Source of the DNA: Carcharhinus longimanus
Lineage: Eukaryota
DNA: 64,000 bases
Assembly (NCBI GenBank): GCA_030264375.1
Contig: JASCQW010000119.1
Coordinates: 7,038,536-7,102,535, forward strand
Direction of reading: 5' to 3'
The position numbers were made by a program, and so were the translations under genes. The notes under the pieces are model-generated. The model saw only the letters and a list, made by a program, of their open reading frames with translations. It was not told where the DNA came from and did not search any database. Shown here one piece after another: positions 1 to 13,856 of the stretch. Position 1 is the first letter of the stretch. Each line of letters begins with the position of its first letter.

Positions 1-1485
1 CCAAAATTTTAATTCCTTCCTGGCGACAGCGAAGATGCCAGAGAACTGGCATTCAGGTAATGTTGTCCCACTATTTAAGACAAGTTGTAGACTCACTCCA
101 TTGAACTACAGACGAGTTAGTCTCACTTCTGAGATTGAGAAATGACTAGGAAAGATTCTGAAGGAGAGAATCCATCTCCATTTGGAGAGGCAAGGTTTGA
201 TTAGTGATAATCATCATGGTTTTGTCACAAGGAGGCCATGCTTAACAAATCTCATTGATTTTGTTTGAGCATGCAATCTAATATAGGGACGAGAGTAGTT
301 TGGACGATGCAGCTTGCATGGATTTCAGCAAAGCCTTTGACAAAGTACCACGTGGGAGATTTATTAAAAATTCTAATTCACATGACATGCAGGTTGATCT
401 AACAAGGTAAACATATTATTGACTTAAAGGTAGGATACAGATTGTGATGACAGGAAGTTGTTAGATTGACTGGAGTCCAGTGACCAGTGGTGTACCAAAG
501 GGATTCGTGTTGAGCCCCCTATTGACCGTCTTTATATAAATGACATACATGATTATGCGTCGGGGACGAGGGGGGGAGCTTAGTATCACTATATTTGCCG
601 GTAACACAATGATTTTCCGCGAGGTTATGTATGTGATTAATTGTCTTGGGTGACAGGAAGATATAGACAAGATGGTTAAATGGGCGGATAAGTGGTCGGT
701 TGAATTGAACCCTTAGAAGTGTGAGGTCGTGCACATTGGAAGGAGTCACTTGACAAAGAAGTATTCTATGAAAGGCCTGAGACTGGGAATTTCCGAAGAA
801 CAAAGGGACTTGGCATATTTGTCCATAGATCTCTGAAAGTGGAAAGGCAAGAAAATTGAGTGGTGAAAAACACATATGGCAAAATCACCTTTATCAGTGG
901 GGATTTCCATGGCAAAAGCAGAGAGGCCATGTTGGAGTTGTATTTTGACGAGGCCACAGTGGAAGTAGTAAGTGCATTTCTGGCCACCACGTTTTAAGAA
1001 GGGCATGAAGGCACTGAAGGAGGTGCATAGGAGATTCACCAGAAGGCTGTCTGCGATGGAATGTCTCACTTATGAAGAGATGTTGGACAGGTTTGTGTCG
1101 TTTTCTTGGGAGCAGAGAAAACTGATGGGCGACATTACTGAGGTGTTCAAGATTATGAGGGTCATGGACAATGAGCGACTGTTGCACTTAGATGAAGGGC
1201 CATTTACGAGGGGGTAGAAGTGGAAAATGAGGGCTGGGAGGTTTAGGTGGATTGAAGAAAAACGGTGGTGACCAACTGGAATGCACTACCTGGTAGGATG
1301 GAGGAGGCAGCATGTCTCACATCCTTTAGAAAGCACCTGGGTGCGTACTTGGCACATCATACCACACAAGTCTATAGGCAATGTGCCGGCAATTGTTATA
1401 AGGTGTGCAGGTCGGAGTATTTGTGTGTGGTGCTTACTCGATGGGCCGAAGGGCCTCTTCTGCCGTGTGGTGCTCTGTGATTCAT
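1..1485 (+). mobile_element. CR1-clade LINE (HER1-like), decayed ORF2 reverse transcriptase and 3' end; starts before the window
   Basis: Manual translation gives CR1 RT motifs: MPENWHSGNVVPLFK, NYRRVSLTS, HHGF..RRPCLTNLI, MDFSKAFDKVP, VTSGVPKGFVLSPLL. ORF 972-1217 (FWPPRFKK..LKEVHRRFTR) is the RT C-terminus. The 3' UTR contains gatgggccgaagggcct near 1440. Many stops and frameshifts. Confidence 0.93.
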
Positions 1486-1860
1486 CAGCTCTGCGTTTAT
1501 GGTATGGAATGAACAGGCAAATTAAATGAATGTGTTTATGTAACTTTGACGTCCAAGGCCCGTTTTTAAGGTGTCGGGTTCAAAATGCTTCCATAGATTT
1601 GATCACACTAGCGTGTCATATTTCGTGTTCTTCTGTTTTCATCTGAACCAGCATTTTTTAAAAATTCATTCCGTTGATATTCCTCAAATCATAGACACTG
1701 CAAAACAATTCAAACCATAAAAAAAATGACGGGACATGTTAATTGTTCGTAATTCCAGTCNNNNNNNNNNNNNNNNNNNNNNNNNNNNNNNNNNNNNNNN
1801 NNNNNNNNNNNNNNNNNNNNNNNNNNNNNNNNNNNNNNNNNNNNNNNNNNNNNNNNNNNN

Positions 1861-2027
1861 ATGCTAAACGCCACTTTGTGTCGGCGGGTGGGGGGGGGGG
1901 GGGGAGGAGGGAGGTGCAGGATAGCGTAAATGTGTGGGGTTACGGGAAAAGAGTCTGGATGGGATTGTGGTTGGCGTAAACTCGATGTGCCGACTGCCTC
2001 TCCTTCTGCACTGTAGAATTCTATTGT
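1861..2027 (+). mobile_element. 3' half of an HE1-like V-SINE with CR1-derived tail
   Basis: gtaaatgtgtggggttacggg...ctcgatgtgccgactgcctctccttctgcactgtagaattctat matches the tail of the fuller copy at 18715-19030. The 5' part is lost in the gap. Confidence 0.75.
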
Positions 2028-2492
2028 GTGAAAGTGCGGGGAATCATTTTGAGCACAGTGATATTGAAAACATGCATCAGAATTGCTTAACGCATTGGGC
2101 ATTCTGACTTGATGATAGTACTTCATAAACGAGAATGAAATAGAGCTCAGGATCCCGAAGCATTTCGAATTCAGTAGGAACAAAAATAGTAGCGGAATAG
2201 TGTGGGAAGAAAATGTGTTGCTGAATTTTCAACGACATGTTGATAAAAAAAATAGTGACTCAAACCATCAATTGATTGAATCCCTGCAGTTCAGAAGAAG
2301 GTCATTCAGTTCAAAGCACAATCCTAAATTACTAAGACGCCGAAATGAGCAAGAATTTCCAGTGTGTCGAAGGCGGCAGGGACAAAATATGTAGAGGTGT
2401 CGCGAAAAACGACTTCGAAAAACTGGTGAATGTGTTGTGATAAACGGCAAGTGGTGGAAAGTGTGCCTGATGGTTTAGGTAGCTTTGGGCCT

Positions 2493-3051
2493 TGTCGACG
2501 AAAAACCCTTAACTCAGAATAACTCAGGCAGATTCTTTCAGAGTCAAGCTTCGGGGGAGTTTATTTTTTCGTGATATCACGGAGAGTCCACTCCAGTCAA
2601 CACCGAGACTGAACACTGACTTTCCGAGCAAATCCATGCTATATTTATACAGTGAAACAAACAAGTTTTCGTACTTAATACAATACACCCTACTATTCCA
2701 TTATCTCAGCTAACGTTTTAATCATTGTCCAGTAAATTAGTTATATGTATATATCCAGGGCTTATCTTATGTGTCCTATGTCTAAACAGCGTCTTATTAT
2801 TTCTTCGTCCTAATGATTTACTGTGGTTACGCTTGATAGAATTGCTAGTCAGGCTACATATCTTTCTTAAGGCCAGGTGGCTTCTTATTTGCGCTGGAGA
2901 CCTTGGATGTCTGCTAGTCTCATGTTTTTCTTTTCTGTATGTTTCAGCATCAAGCAGTCTCATGATTTGTCTTTTCTATCTGTTTCAGCACATCCTTAAC
3001 GCTCATCGTTTAACACCTTAGGATACAACAGCAAACTTAATTTCTTACACA
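2493..3051 (-). mobile_element. Solo LTR (559 bp) of an LTR retrotransposon or ERV
   Basis: TG...CA termini; perfect 5 bp TSD GGCCT at 2488-2492 and 3052-3056. On the minus strand a TATAAATA box (~2642-2649) precedes AATAAA (2560-2565). A ~35 bp direct repeat lies in the U3-like part (2916-2949 and 2956-2990). Confidence 0.85.
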
Positions 3052-3430
3052 GGCCTCAATTCAGCATGTTAGGAAATGAAGCCAGAGATATAGACATTCC
3101 TTTCCTTTATTTGCTGTGTTCCACTGAAGCCCATCCTGTGATATCGTCGGCACGATGCTGGAAAATTTCATTGCAGAAGATAAGTACTTATTTCGTGGAA
3201 AGATTATTCACCTGAAACACACAATTGGAAGACAGAATGGGACCTCATCCACTCCAATACATCAACAGCGGTTTCCTGGGCGACTTGTAATTAAGGAGAG
3301 GTTTTGGAAAGGAAGTTTAATTATTCTTTCAGCTTCATAACCGTGGGACCCTCAGTGCCGTCCCTCTCCAGCCCATTGTCATCCATCCCCATCCAGCCCT
3401 CTTCCCTTCCCCCATCACACGCATAGACAC

Positions 3431-3433
<3 letters not shown>

Positions 3434-3465
<32 letters not shown>
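3434..3465. repeat. (CA)n microsatellite
   Basis: Directly visible run of about 16 CA units. Confidence 0.97.
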
Positions 3466-3466
<1 letters not shown>

Positions 3467-3912
3467 AAATCCACGCAAATTTATATCATGGAATTCATCA
3501 CTTTGATTTCCCGTGTGGTCCAATGTGGGCAATGAAAATGATACTCAGATGAAGTGCAATAAAAACCCAAGAGAATAAAAGGAATTCGAGGACGGTTGCA
3601 TCACAACTATAGATTATTCAGTCGATTCCCAATAACAGTATTTTTTTAGTGTTTGCTGCTACTGAAATGAGCTTTTGAACAAGGCATCTAAATGATTGAT
3701 TGGTGGCTCACTAAATGGACAATCTTTAATATAAGTAAAGAAGAAAAAAAAACATAATCCGTGGTGATAAACCTGAACAATCGATTCATATTCCGTTTTC
3801 CCAAGTAATATTGTACGTATTCTTTTTCATTGGTTTGTCTACACAAAAGTTCGCGTGTTCAAACATGCACTCCTTTTAAGTATTTATCAGTTTATTAAAT
3901 TCGTTTCTCGAG

Positions 3913-4231
3913 TAAAATCATAGGATTTCCAAAGTTCACAAGGAGACCATCAGCCCATTAATCCTACATTGACAACTACATTACCCAGGTCCTATCCCCG
4001 TTATCTCAAACAATTAATCTGCTAATCTTCCTGGCACGAACGGGTCAATTTTGCATGGACATTAACTAGTGAACTTTTAGACTGGAGACGAGAATGGAAC
4101 ACACGGTGGAAAACATTGCAGACATAGGGGAAAGTCAGATATCGACACAGGCAGTCATCTGAGTTCGGAACTGAACAATGCTCCTTAGATGGCCCAGGCA
4201 AGGGTACTGAATACTGTGCTCCCTGACGCCC
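3913..4231 (-). mobile_element. HE1-like V-SINE, strongly diverged, CR1-type tail
   Basis: The reverse complement shows a tRNA-like head (gggcgtcagggagcacagtattcagtacc), a V-domain remnant, and a tail ending gggctgatggtctccttgtg...atcctatgatt. Confidence 0.7.
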
Positions 4232-4384
4232 AGCTGTGGAATTTCACCCTGTCTTTCAGTGGCTTAACAAGCAGCTGCATTTTCATGTAGCGAAGATTGG
4301 CCGATGCATTTCAAATTAGCCTGGTTGAAAAAAAATGCCAATTCAAGCTAGCGTGAGAAGTACCCAGCAAATTTGTACCAAAAA

Positions 4385-4810
4385 AAAAACTTGCATTTGT
4401 GTGTCCAATATGTCAGGAGCCTCCAAAATATTTTTCAGCCAATGAGGCAGTTTAAAGTGCTCCTAATGTTGTGATGTTGAATATGGCAGACACATTGCGC
4501 AGTGCAAGATACCATTGAAAAGTGTGCTAATGGCTAGGTAATTTGTTTTAGTATTGTTGTTTGTGAGGTAGATATTTGAAAAAAAAATCAAAGGTGGCTT
4601 TTCTTGCTCCTTTTCGAAATCTTGTCAATAAATCACACATTCTCACCTCGTGTGGATGAACAGGGCCATGATTTCATATTTCTCCTGAAGTTTAGCAACG
4701 CCAAAATGCAACATTCGCTGAGTCAGCCTGCAATACGGTGTCAGGTATTCACAAAGTCAAATGAATCCACAGCTTCTGAGATTACGAAACATGGGAAGCA
4801 CAACTGACGC
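4385..4810 (-). mobile_element. Very old Deu-domain SINE (SacSINE1-like) with L2-type tail
   Basis: aacttgcattt...cagccaatgaggcag...ggcagacacattgcgcagtgcaag...cttgctccttttcgaaat...tgaatccacagcttctgag follows the order of the shark DeuSINE consensus as I recall it. Heavily diverged. Confidence 0.5.
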
Positions 4811-4880
4811 TTGAGGTCACTATCAATGTGAGCAACAGTACTGCTGGTTTTTTTTTGCCGACATTTACATGAGCATTAGG

Positions 4881-5135
4881 TGGGAGACACGTTGGCACCG
4901 TGGTTACCACTGCTACCCCACAGTGCCAGAGACCCGGATTCGATTCTCTGGTAGGGTCACTTCTGGGTGGAGATTGCACGTTCTCCCGTGTCTGCGCAGG
5001 TTTCCTTCCCCAGACGGAAAGGAGTGCTGATTAGGTGCATTGAGCCAAACAGAGTGCGGGAGTGTGCCGACTAGAGGAGTCCAATTGTAACTTCATTGCA
5101 ATGTTAGCGTAACTCTTACTGTGATTAATAAATGT
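4881..5135 (+). mobile_element. V-SINE with alternative (type B) tail
   Basis: tRNA head with A-box-like tggcaccgtggtt and B-box-like gattcgattc; V-domain gtggagattgcacgttctcccgtgtctgcg; tail taacttcattgcaatgttagcgtaactcttactgtgattaataaa. Confidence 0.85.
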
Positions 5136-7904
5136 CACTTTACTTTATTTGCACTTAAAACGCAGAGCAGTTCAAATATGTTATTGAAATAGATGTCCCC
5201 TTCCCTCCAAATGCGAGTTTCTGGTGGATGATAGCGAAATACTTCACGATCGCGTAGGTGTAAAAGGTTTTCATTAGTTCCCTCCATGTATCCATCTTTA
5301 AACGGATTTCTGACCGTACCATTAAGCTTCGATGGGGACAGATGGGGGAAAATATTCAAGGTAACCAATGCCAATCGATTAGTATTAATCCATTTTGTGA
5401 TAACTGAATCCGCGGTGTCAGCTTTATTTCAATCACACAGCCAGCCAGCACATGCTGTTTGAAAAGGTTGCCTGAAACTTCTGAAACTTTTGTTTGAGCA
5501 GGAGTGTCTAAGGATGACCATTTCACATACTTGTTTGGCATTTGTCAGAATGGCTCTATTTAACACTGGAGCCATTGACCTTGCCTACTGGTAAGATGAA
5601 CAGCTTGCAAACTCAGGCAGGAAGGTAGGGCTCAAGATGCAAGATTGTTTGACAACATACAACATCACTACCCCCGTGCTATTAGCCCTTGGTGGACCTC
5701 AACATTGTTTTCAATTCAAACTAACATGTGCCCAGAGAGATCATTATTGGGTTATCAGACACGTTAGCAAACATAATTGCACAAATTCATGAATAAAAAT
5801 ATTTTGAATGTAATTTGATATGATCATGATTAACGTAATGACTGAGACACTGCATTGCGAGACTCAACTAACTTAAGAACGTTATGTTGATGGAACGAAA
5901 TCTACATGCACGAAAACAGTGTACGAAATTACCATTTGTCAACAAACCAAACCAAATATGTAATTCATTTGATTTTCCTGCTTCATTGTACATTTTAGGT
6001 TTGGATTCATAAAGTTCTGCCTAATCAGCAGAGGATGTCCCTCAGCTCATTTGCACACTGTGCCGACATTCTATTCAATTATTTGAGTAACAATACCATG
6101 CTGTAGTTTACTTACGGGTCTGTGTTTCGAGATATTTAGTCGCTGAAATTCAGTGACAAAAGTATTATTCACAAGGGGATGCGTGAATTATGACCAACAA
6201 GACAAGTCTGTATTAACTATTCATGTTGTATTCGAAAACAAATTTATAGCATCTCAGGATAAATTTCAAATCTTACGCCAAGGGTCAGATTTTTTTTCTG
6301 TACTGCCTGCACTGTCGCATCGAACATGGTACATCTGTCCCACAAATTTATGACATAGCAATTCGATAATTACCAGTCGTCTTAAAAAAATGTTCTTTTT
6401 CTGTGAAGTATAGTTCCCAGAAAATATGTTGAAATTGTTCTTCAACTAAGGCGCTAAGAGCAAATAATCTATGCATTGTGAAAAATATGAACGACAATAT
6501 TTAAATCCCCTCAGACGCCTCCATGTTATTGATAAAACCGCAAATTTTGTCACTTGCAACCTTGTATGTAGACTGGTTCTGCAATCCTTTCAGAGAAAGC
6601 TTAACAATATACGTATCATGTATATATATGTATACATATGAACAAACGCATTACTTCCTTGAGTTATCATTTAAATTAGTTTAAATACTCTCATATGATG
6701 TCAGACTTTTTGCATGCCCACTTTGACACCAAACAGACTTACAGTTCGGTTGGGCCTGGAACAATTATTGCCAATTCATCTGCTATCCAAATCCCATATG
6801 GTCAAAAAATAGTGAACATCAGGGTGTATCGTAGAGCAGTCAACTTTGCCTCACTTCAGCTCAAAAAGGTAACACAATTCCAAGGATTCTCCCCAATTCC
6901 GTGTAAGGGCAAAAGGGATACAAATGGTCAGCAAGCGAAGCGACTTCCTTTGAAAGAGACAAACTGCGTTTATTATNNNNNNNNNNNNNNNNNNNNNNNN
7001 NNNNNNNNNNNNNNNNNNNNNNNNNNNNNNNNNNNNNNNNNNNNNNNNNNNNNNNNNNNNNNNNNNNNNNNNNNNNAAACTGCGTTTATTATTCAGTTGG
7101 ACGAATTATCATCAGAACTCAGGAAAGCTAACGAAATAATAGATTCCTTTACATATTGGAATAAGACACGTGAGAAAGGAACGCTAGTGCCTGAAATGTG
7201 AAGATAAACAAGACATATCTAAGATTCGAGTTTTTTTTCTCTGGACCAAATTGAAGTTGCAGCCTTATATATATATATAGACTGGTTTTGTTATATTCTC
7301 GGAGAATGCTTAACAGCAAATCAAAACCCCAATTTTAATTTATTTCCTGCGTGCCATTATTTCGATTACTTTAAATATGCTGGCACCATGTCAGCCTTAT
7401 CCATTATATTGCATGCGGACTTTCACGTACGCCTGAAAGCGGGCATGCAATATCTACCAATTTAGGAAATTAATCTTGAAACACTGTTATACCATCAAAC
7501 ATATATTTATATCTTTCAAGCTTCTGCTGTATTATTCAGAGCTTCGATACAGCTGCAGACGATGTTATTGTTCATTTTAAATAGCACAGACGATGTAAGT
7601 AGTTCTTGATATCTCAGACTAGATAGGAGAAGAGCCGCACGGAAAACAAAAACAAGGTAGTTTGTTGAACAAGCCTTGATTATTTTTTTAATTCGTTCAT
7701 TCTGCATGGTTGTAGCTGGCTGGCCATGTTTTTTCGCCCAATCATTGTTGACCTTAAAAGGCAGTTGAGAGTCAATCATATTTCTGAAGTCAAATCTAGG
7801 ACATTTCGGTTAAGGATGACAGCCTGTCTCCACAGAAGTACATCAGTGAACCACATTTTTTTTTTCGTCAATAGACAATGGGTTCATCGCCATTATTGCA
7901 TTCT

Positions 7905-8033
7905 TAATTAAAGTTTTTTAAATGTAATTCAAATTCCACCACCAGCTGCGGTGGGATTCGAAACTGAGTCATTGAACATTAGTTGAATTTCTGCAGTAAT
8001 CGTCAAGCGATAAGAGCACTCGGCCATCGCCTC
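7905..8033 (-). mobile_element. tRNA-derived head fragment of a second SINE family (family C)
   Basis: Reverse complement gaggcgatggccgagtgctcttatcgc...gtttcgaatcccaccgcagctggtggtggaatttgaatt has Pol III A/B-box-like motifs. Confidence 0.6.
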
Positions 8034-11000
8034 ATATGTGGCAATGACAGGGATTTTTTTTTTCTCAAAATATCTTGATAATCACGCCAGGTGTATCTTC
8101 TGAAACTGGATGGTTTTGGTATACAGTTCGATGATTTTCACCGCAACTCAAAACCTTTCAGTGCTCATCTGAGGGACTTGCAACGTGGCAAATGTGTGGC
8201 TTCTCTGCTAATGACAAATGGAGTTAACGTCCAATTGATGACGTGCAAAGGAGAATGGCCTTCATCAGATAATGCTGCAACATATTACTAAGTAAATTAA
8301 AAACATTTTGCATTTGGCGCCACAATTCCAAGCAGAAAATGACTCACAAAAATGGTGCACAACAAAGTTGGGCGCATATTTAAATGAAGCGTGTGCTGCA
8401 TTGGTTGTTATACTATTTATTAAGATATAATGTTGGATTAGGCGCCATTAAAACATACATTTTTTCTTGAAGCAAATAAGAATTTTGTTCATAGATGCTA
8501 TGACAGAAGAACGAGGAACCTCATACCGACTTGACATATACACCACAGCTAATTTCAGTTGCCTTGAATTCAGCGTAACAAGCCTCGGTTATCATATATT
8601 CTTAGCTTTTGAAGCAAAACGACGACGTCACGATTGGACAGAAGATTTCACCGTGCAACCACACGTCAATTCGAGCAAAGGAATTTCCCATGATATTTGT
8701 ATCGCATAGACATAGACATGCCAGCAAATTGACCACGTATGCAGAGTCTCTATGCGTTATTGCGGATGGTCGGAGTCAAGATGTGCAACAGCGGTGACGG
8801 AACTGCAGTTAAATCTTTGAAATGCCGGTCGATTACAAATAATGTTCAAGTATATTCCTCGGTAGACTGTTAGGTGAGTGAGTACCTCCAGTTGTCGAGG
8901 CTAGCGGAATTGAGCACCTGTTATATTTTTTTCAGGTCTTTGATCATCAGAACGAAAACGAGGGAAGGGGCTGAAGAAAAATACTAAATCAGAAATGCAC
9001 AGGTTGAACGACAGTGATGCCAGACGTGCAGAAAATGACATTACACCAGACATCAATTAAGTAAAGAGAAACTAAACAGAACCGCTCTCAATGTGAGGTA
9101 AGATTCCAAGACTCTCAACTTCTCGACACCCGTTATGGAATTGTGCACTGAAAACGAATGGTTGACATTACCTTTTTCAAACTCTTGGACCAGTTTTTCT
9201 GTCATGAATATGTTACAACAAAACACAAATGCATTGACGAAATATCAATGCCTATCATTTCAAGGTAACACATTATGCAAAACAATATTTTGAGAAGTTT
9301 TCGTTTAACTTGCAGTAATATAGATTAGAAAGCTGTAAGCGATGCAACACATCAAATAAAACATGCGCGAATTGAACAATTTTTGATATTCCTTTCATTT
9401 CTAAGATCTTGTTAATTGCATAACGCAAATTGTATCACATGTTGGCTCGTTACTTTTCCGAAACTTGCCACTTCTGCTGACCGAGTTTCGGCAAATCAGC
9501 ATCACTACAATTGAATTCAGACAAAACTCGGTTTAAAAACTTTTATCTGTCGCAAGTCCGCATTTCAGTGTGGAATTTCTAATTTGGACGAATGGGCATT
9601 TTTCAAATTATGAATCACTACTGTTAGGATTCGTAACTTCAGCAAACCAGAGCTCTTCAATGCCTGCAGCACATCTTTTTTTATTATGAACTTCAATTCC
9701 CTTCCCCGCCCAAGCCTAAGAGTTGCATTAAGATATATGTCTGTCGAGTAATCTTGTCACTTGTTTCTGTGTTTCCTTGAATAATACCGCAATATTGACT
9801 TGTTTTCAAAGACCTATCGATTTAAATCGAAAAAAAACAAAAATGCGACAACCAGACAATGCGAGGGGAAACAAAGCAACGTTTTTTTTTTCCTCTTCTC
9901 AATACAAATAACATGTCAAAAAAGAAAAGAAATAGGACTCTGAAAAAAAAAATATACAATACGAATTTGGTTGAATTAAAACGTAGGGGTTCGGGTTAGT
10001 GCAAGATTTTTTTAACTTAAATTCAGCAAGGATTTTTTTTTTGTTCTCACCATAGGTTTTGACGTTGGCAGACATGACATTTAGATCTGGCGAGCAGAAA
10101 ATAAAATATTGCAGTTCGCTCAATGTCAATGTTTTTCTTCAGCAATAGTTGAGATTGTTAGCAAATTCTTAGCTGAAACTGGGTCGAATAGCAAAATGAT
10201 CACAATGGAAGGAAGTTGTATCATTTTCATGCCAATTAATATGTGTAATTTGCATTCGCATCCAACACTATATGAAAACGTTAGACTCTTTACTATTGAT
10301 CTTGACTGAGACTGCACCTCTTAAAATCATAGCATTCGACATTACTGCTAGAAAACTAAGCAGAAACCATCGACTCACTTCCATCTAGCTGTTGATATCC
10401 TTAAATGTCGATGTCGGTAATCACCATAAACTCCATTGTGCAAATTAAAATAACTTGTTTCTAACAGACATATATGCATATTTTGGTGCCACCAGGCGAT
10501 ACGTATTTAAGGAGGATAGGAGAACAACTTTTCTGTCCAGGCAATAGTAGCAACACAAAAAAAAAGATTGAATCAAACGAAGTAGAATAAAAACATTTGT
10601 TGCAGATTATTCGTCATACAGGAGAACGAAAATTGAACACTATGATTAAGGTAAGAAAGATAAATAACACCAGTTATTTCTTGGTCCTCCAGCATACAGG
10701 GAAACACAACAACTTGTTTTAAGCTAAATTTTATTAGTAGAAATAACAATAACAATGAAAAATACAGCACAGGACCAAGTCCTTCGACCCTCCAATCCTG
10801 CACTGAGCATGATGCCTGCGTAATTTAAAACTGCACGCACAGAGTCTGCATCATTCCATTCTCATCCTATTCATCTTTTAATTTAGTTGCCATTTAAATG
10901 GCGCGATCGTACATGCTCCCAGCACCTCCCCGGGCAACGTTTTCCAGACATCCGTCAAGCTCTGTGTAAAAGGAAAACTGCCTCACACCTGTCCTTCAAA

Positions 11001-13856
11001 CTTTTCCCCACGCAACTCAAATCTGTATCCCCCAGCACTTGACGATTCCACCGAAGGAAATAATATCAGACTATTCACTCTGTCCATGCCACTCATGACC
11101 TGTTGAACGCTGTCAAGCAACCCTACAATCTCCATCGTTGCAGTGAGAACAAACCGAGTTTATTCAACCTCTCTTCAAAGCTAATACCCTCCAGACCAAA
11201 CAACATCCTGGTAAACATATTCCTACTCCTAACAAAACAGTAACATCCTTCTGGTAGTGTGGCAACCAGAACTGTACACAATATTCTGAATCGTTCATAA
11301 AATAGATTCTGCACAGCTGCAGCAAGACCTGCTTTTTTTTATATTAAATGCCCCTAACGATGACGGCATGCATCCCGTGCATTCCTGATTACCTTATCTA
11401 TCTGCGTTGTCACATTCAGTACTCAGTGGACATGTCCGCCCAGGTCTCTCTGCCTGTAAGTACTCCTAATTGTTCCACTATTTTCTGTATAATTCCGATA
11501 TGCATTTCTTTTTTTTAATACAGATCTCACGCTTGTCCGGATAAAAATTGTATCCGCCATTTCTCCATCCATGTCTCCATTCGGTCTATATCTTCCTGTA
11601 ACCTCTGACAATCCTCTCCACTATCCATAACTCCGTCAATATTTGTGTCGTCTGCGACTTTACTAATCAGGCAAACGGCATTGTCCTCCAAATCATTTAT
11701 ATACTCTACGAATAGCAAAGGTCACACTACTGATTCCTTCCATTGTGAAAAGCACTCATCGTCTGCTACCTTGTGTCTTCTATGGCTATGGCAGTTCTGT
11801 ACCCATCCTGTCATCTCTCCTCTGATCCAGTGTCATTTCATTTTTCATAACACTACTATGTCAAAGGCTTTACGGAAGTTCACGTAGACACTATCCGCTG
11901 CCTTTCTCTCATCTATCATCTTCGTCACTTCCTCGGAAAATTTGATCAAGTTAGTGAGGCACGAAATCCTCTTCACAAAACACTTCTATCACTAACAAGT
12001 CAATCTGACTGCAAATGTGAGTAAATCCTTCCCCTAGGGATATTTTCAAATGATTTTTCTACCATCGCTGTAAGGCTCACTGACCTATAATTTCCTGAAT
12101 GATCCCTGCTGCCCTTTGAAACTTCAGCTAATGAGGATACAAATTTCTCTCAGAGCAATAACAATGCCTGCCCTTCACTCCCTCAGTTTTCTGGTGTGGA
12201 TCCCATCAGGCCCTGGTGACATATTTACTTCATGATTGTTAAGCCGCCCAATGCCTCCTCTTGCTTGATTATGATATGAATCAGAACATCGACACACCCT
12301 GCCCTAGTCTCCTCACCCATGAAACCTTTCTCTTTGGTGAATACTGAGACAATGCTACCGTTTCATCTGGTCCATTTCCTTTGTTTCAATGGATAAATCC
12401 CTACGCTATCACTGAGTGTACCAAACATTTCGCTGGCCACGCTCTTGCTCTTTGCATACCTATAAAATGTCTTAGGATGTTCCTTATTCCTGTACCCCAA
12501 AGACTATATATGGCACCCCTTTTTGCCCTCCTAATTTCTTCCTTGAAATCCTTTCAATGTTCTTTATATTATTCAAGACCTTCATCTGTCTGAAGCCATT
12601 TAGACATTATGAATGCTTCCTTTTTTGACAAGTCTGATAACATACATCGTTATCTAGGTTTCTCGGTACTCGTCACACTTTTTTTATGCTCACGGGGACA
12701 TAACAGTTCTGAATTCCAATCAACTGATATTTGGAAAACTTCAACATGTTGGATGATGATTTATCCTCAACCTGCCTCCCCACAATTTGCTTTCTCTAGA
12801 TCCTGCCTAATATTTTTCGTCTTCGATAAATTTAACAACTTTACCAGGAAACCAGTTTTGTCCTTATCCACAAGCACCTTAGAACGTCTGGGATTCTGAT
12901 CACTGTTCCCGGAATGTTCTCGTACTAAAACTTTGATCAACTGGCCACCTAATTCCACAATACGATTTGTAATATGCCTCCTTCCCGAGTTGAGCTATTC
13001 ATATACTTATGTAAGAAAAAAAAACATTCTGGACGCTCCTTACTAATTCTGTCCTATCCAAGCCCCTAGCAGTAAGTCCCAGTCAATTCAGGGCAAGTTG
13101 AAATCAGTAATCCACCCTAAACTTTTTTTTTTGCTTCCGACCAAAACCTGTCTCTATATTTCTCCTCTGTCTCCCGCTGGCTGGTGCGAGGCCAGTAATA
13201 AAACCAAAACATTGTGAATGCGTCCTTTCTATTCCTGAGTTTTACCCATATAGCTTCGCTGCCGGAATCCTCCGAGGTTCACCCCTCCATACAACTGTGA
13301 TATTCTCTGTAACCAATAATGCAACTCCTACGTCACATTCACATCCTGCTATATCCTCCCTGAAGCATCCACATTCTGGAATGTTTAGCTGTTAAATCAT
13401 GACCAACTTTCGAAAAAAGTAAGAGTAACGACATTATAGTTGCATGAACTAATCCAAACTATGTTCATCTGTCTCATCTGTTATGCTCCTCACGTTGAAA
13501 CAAATGCACTTCAGAACACCAGTCCTGCTGCGTTCCACAACTATTCTCTGTCTGCTCGTCCACTTAAACCTGTTGGCCTTAGTTTGTAGCCCTTGCTCAG
13601 TTATTTCTCCTGCTGAACTACTGCACAGATTCACACCTCCATAATAGTTTAAACCATCCCGAGTGACTCTAGTAAATGTATTTGCCAGGATATTAGTGCA
13701 CGAACGCCGCCCCCCCCCACAAGATTAAATGTGAACCATCCTTCTTGTACAGCTCCCACCTGTCCAGAGAGTGATCCCAATAATGGCTGTTGCTGAACCC
13801 TCGCTCCTCCACCAACTCCTTAGCCACGTGATTATTGCACTATCTCCTTATTCCTA

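Noticed and set aside
2054-2095. CACAGTG heptamer as a V(D)J recombination signal
   Set aside because: No nonamer at 12 or 23 bp spacing, and no V, D or J segment nearby.
6961-7092. Direct repeat aaactgcgtttattat on both sides of an N-gap (similarly 27755-27898 and 53485-53700)
   Set aside because: Identical or near-identical sequence flanking a 100-N gap is the signature of unmerged overlapping contig ends, not a TSD or biological repeat.
8936-9097. Exon-like segment with a strong acceptor (ttttttttcag) and donor (gag/gtaaga)
   Set aside because: Stops in all three frames and no recognisable protein. A non-coding exon cannot be supported without RNA data.
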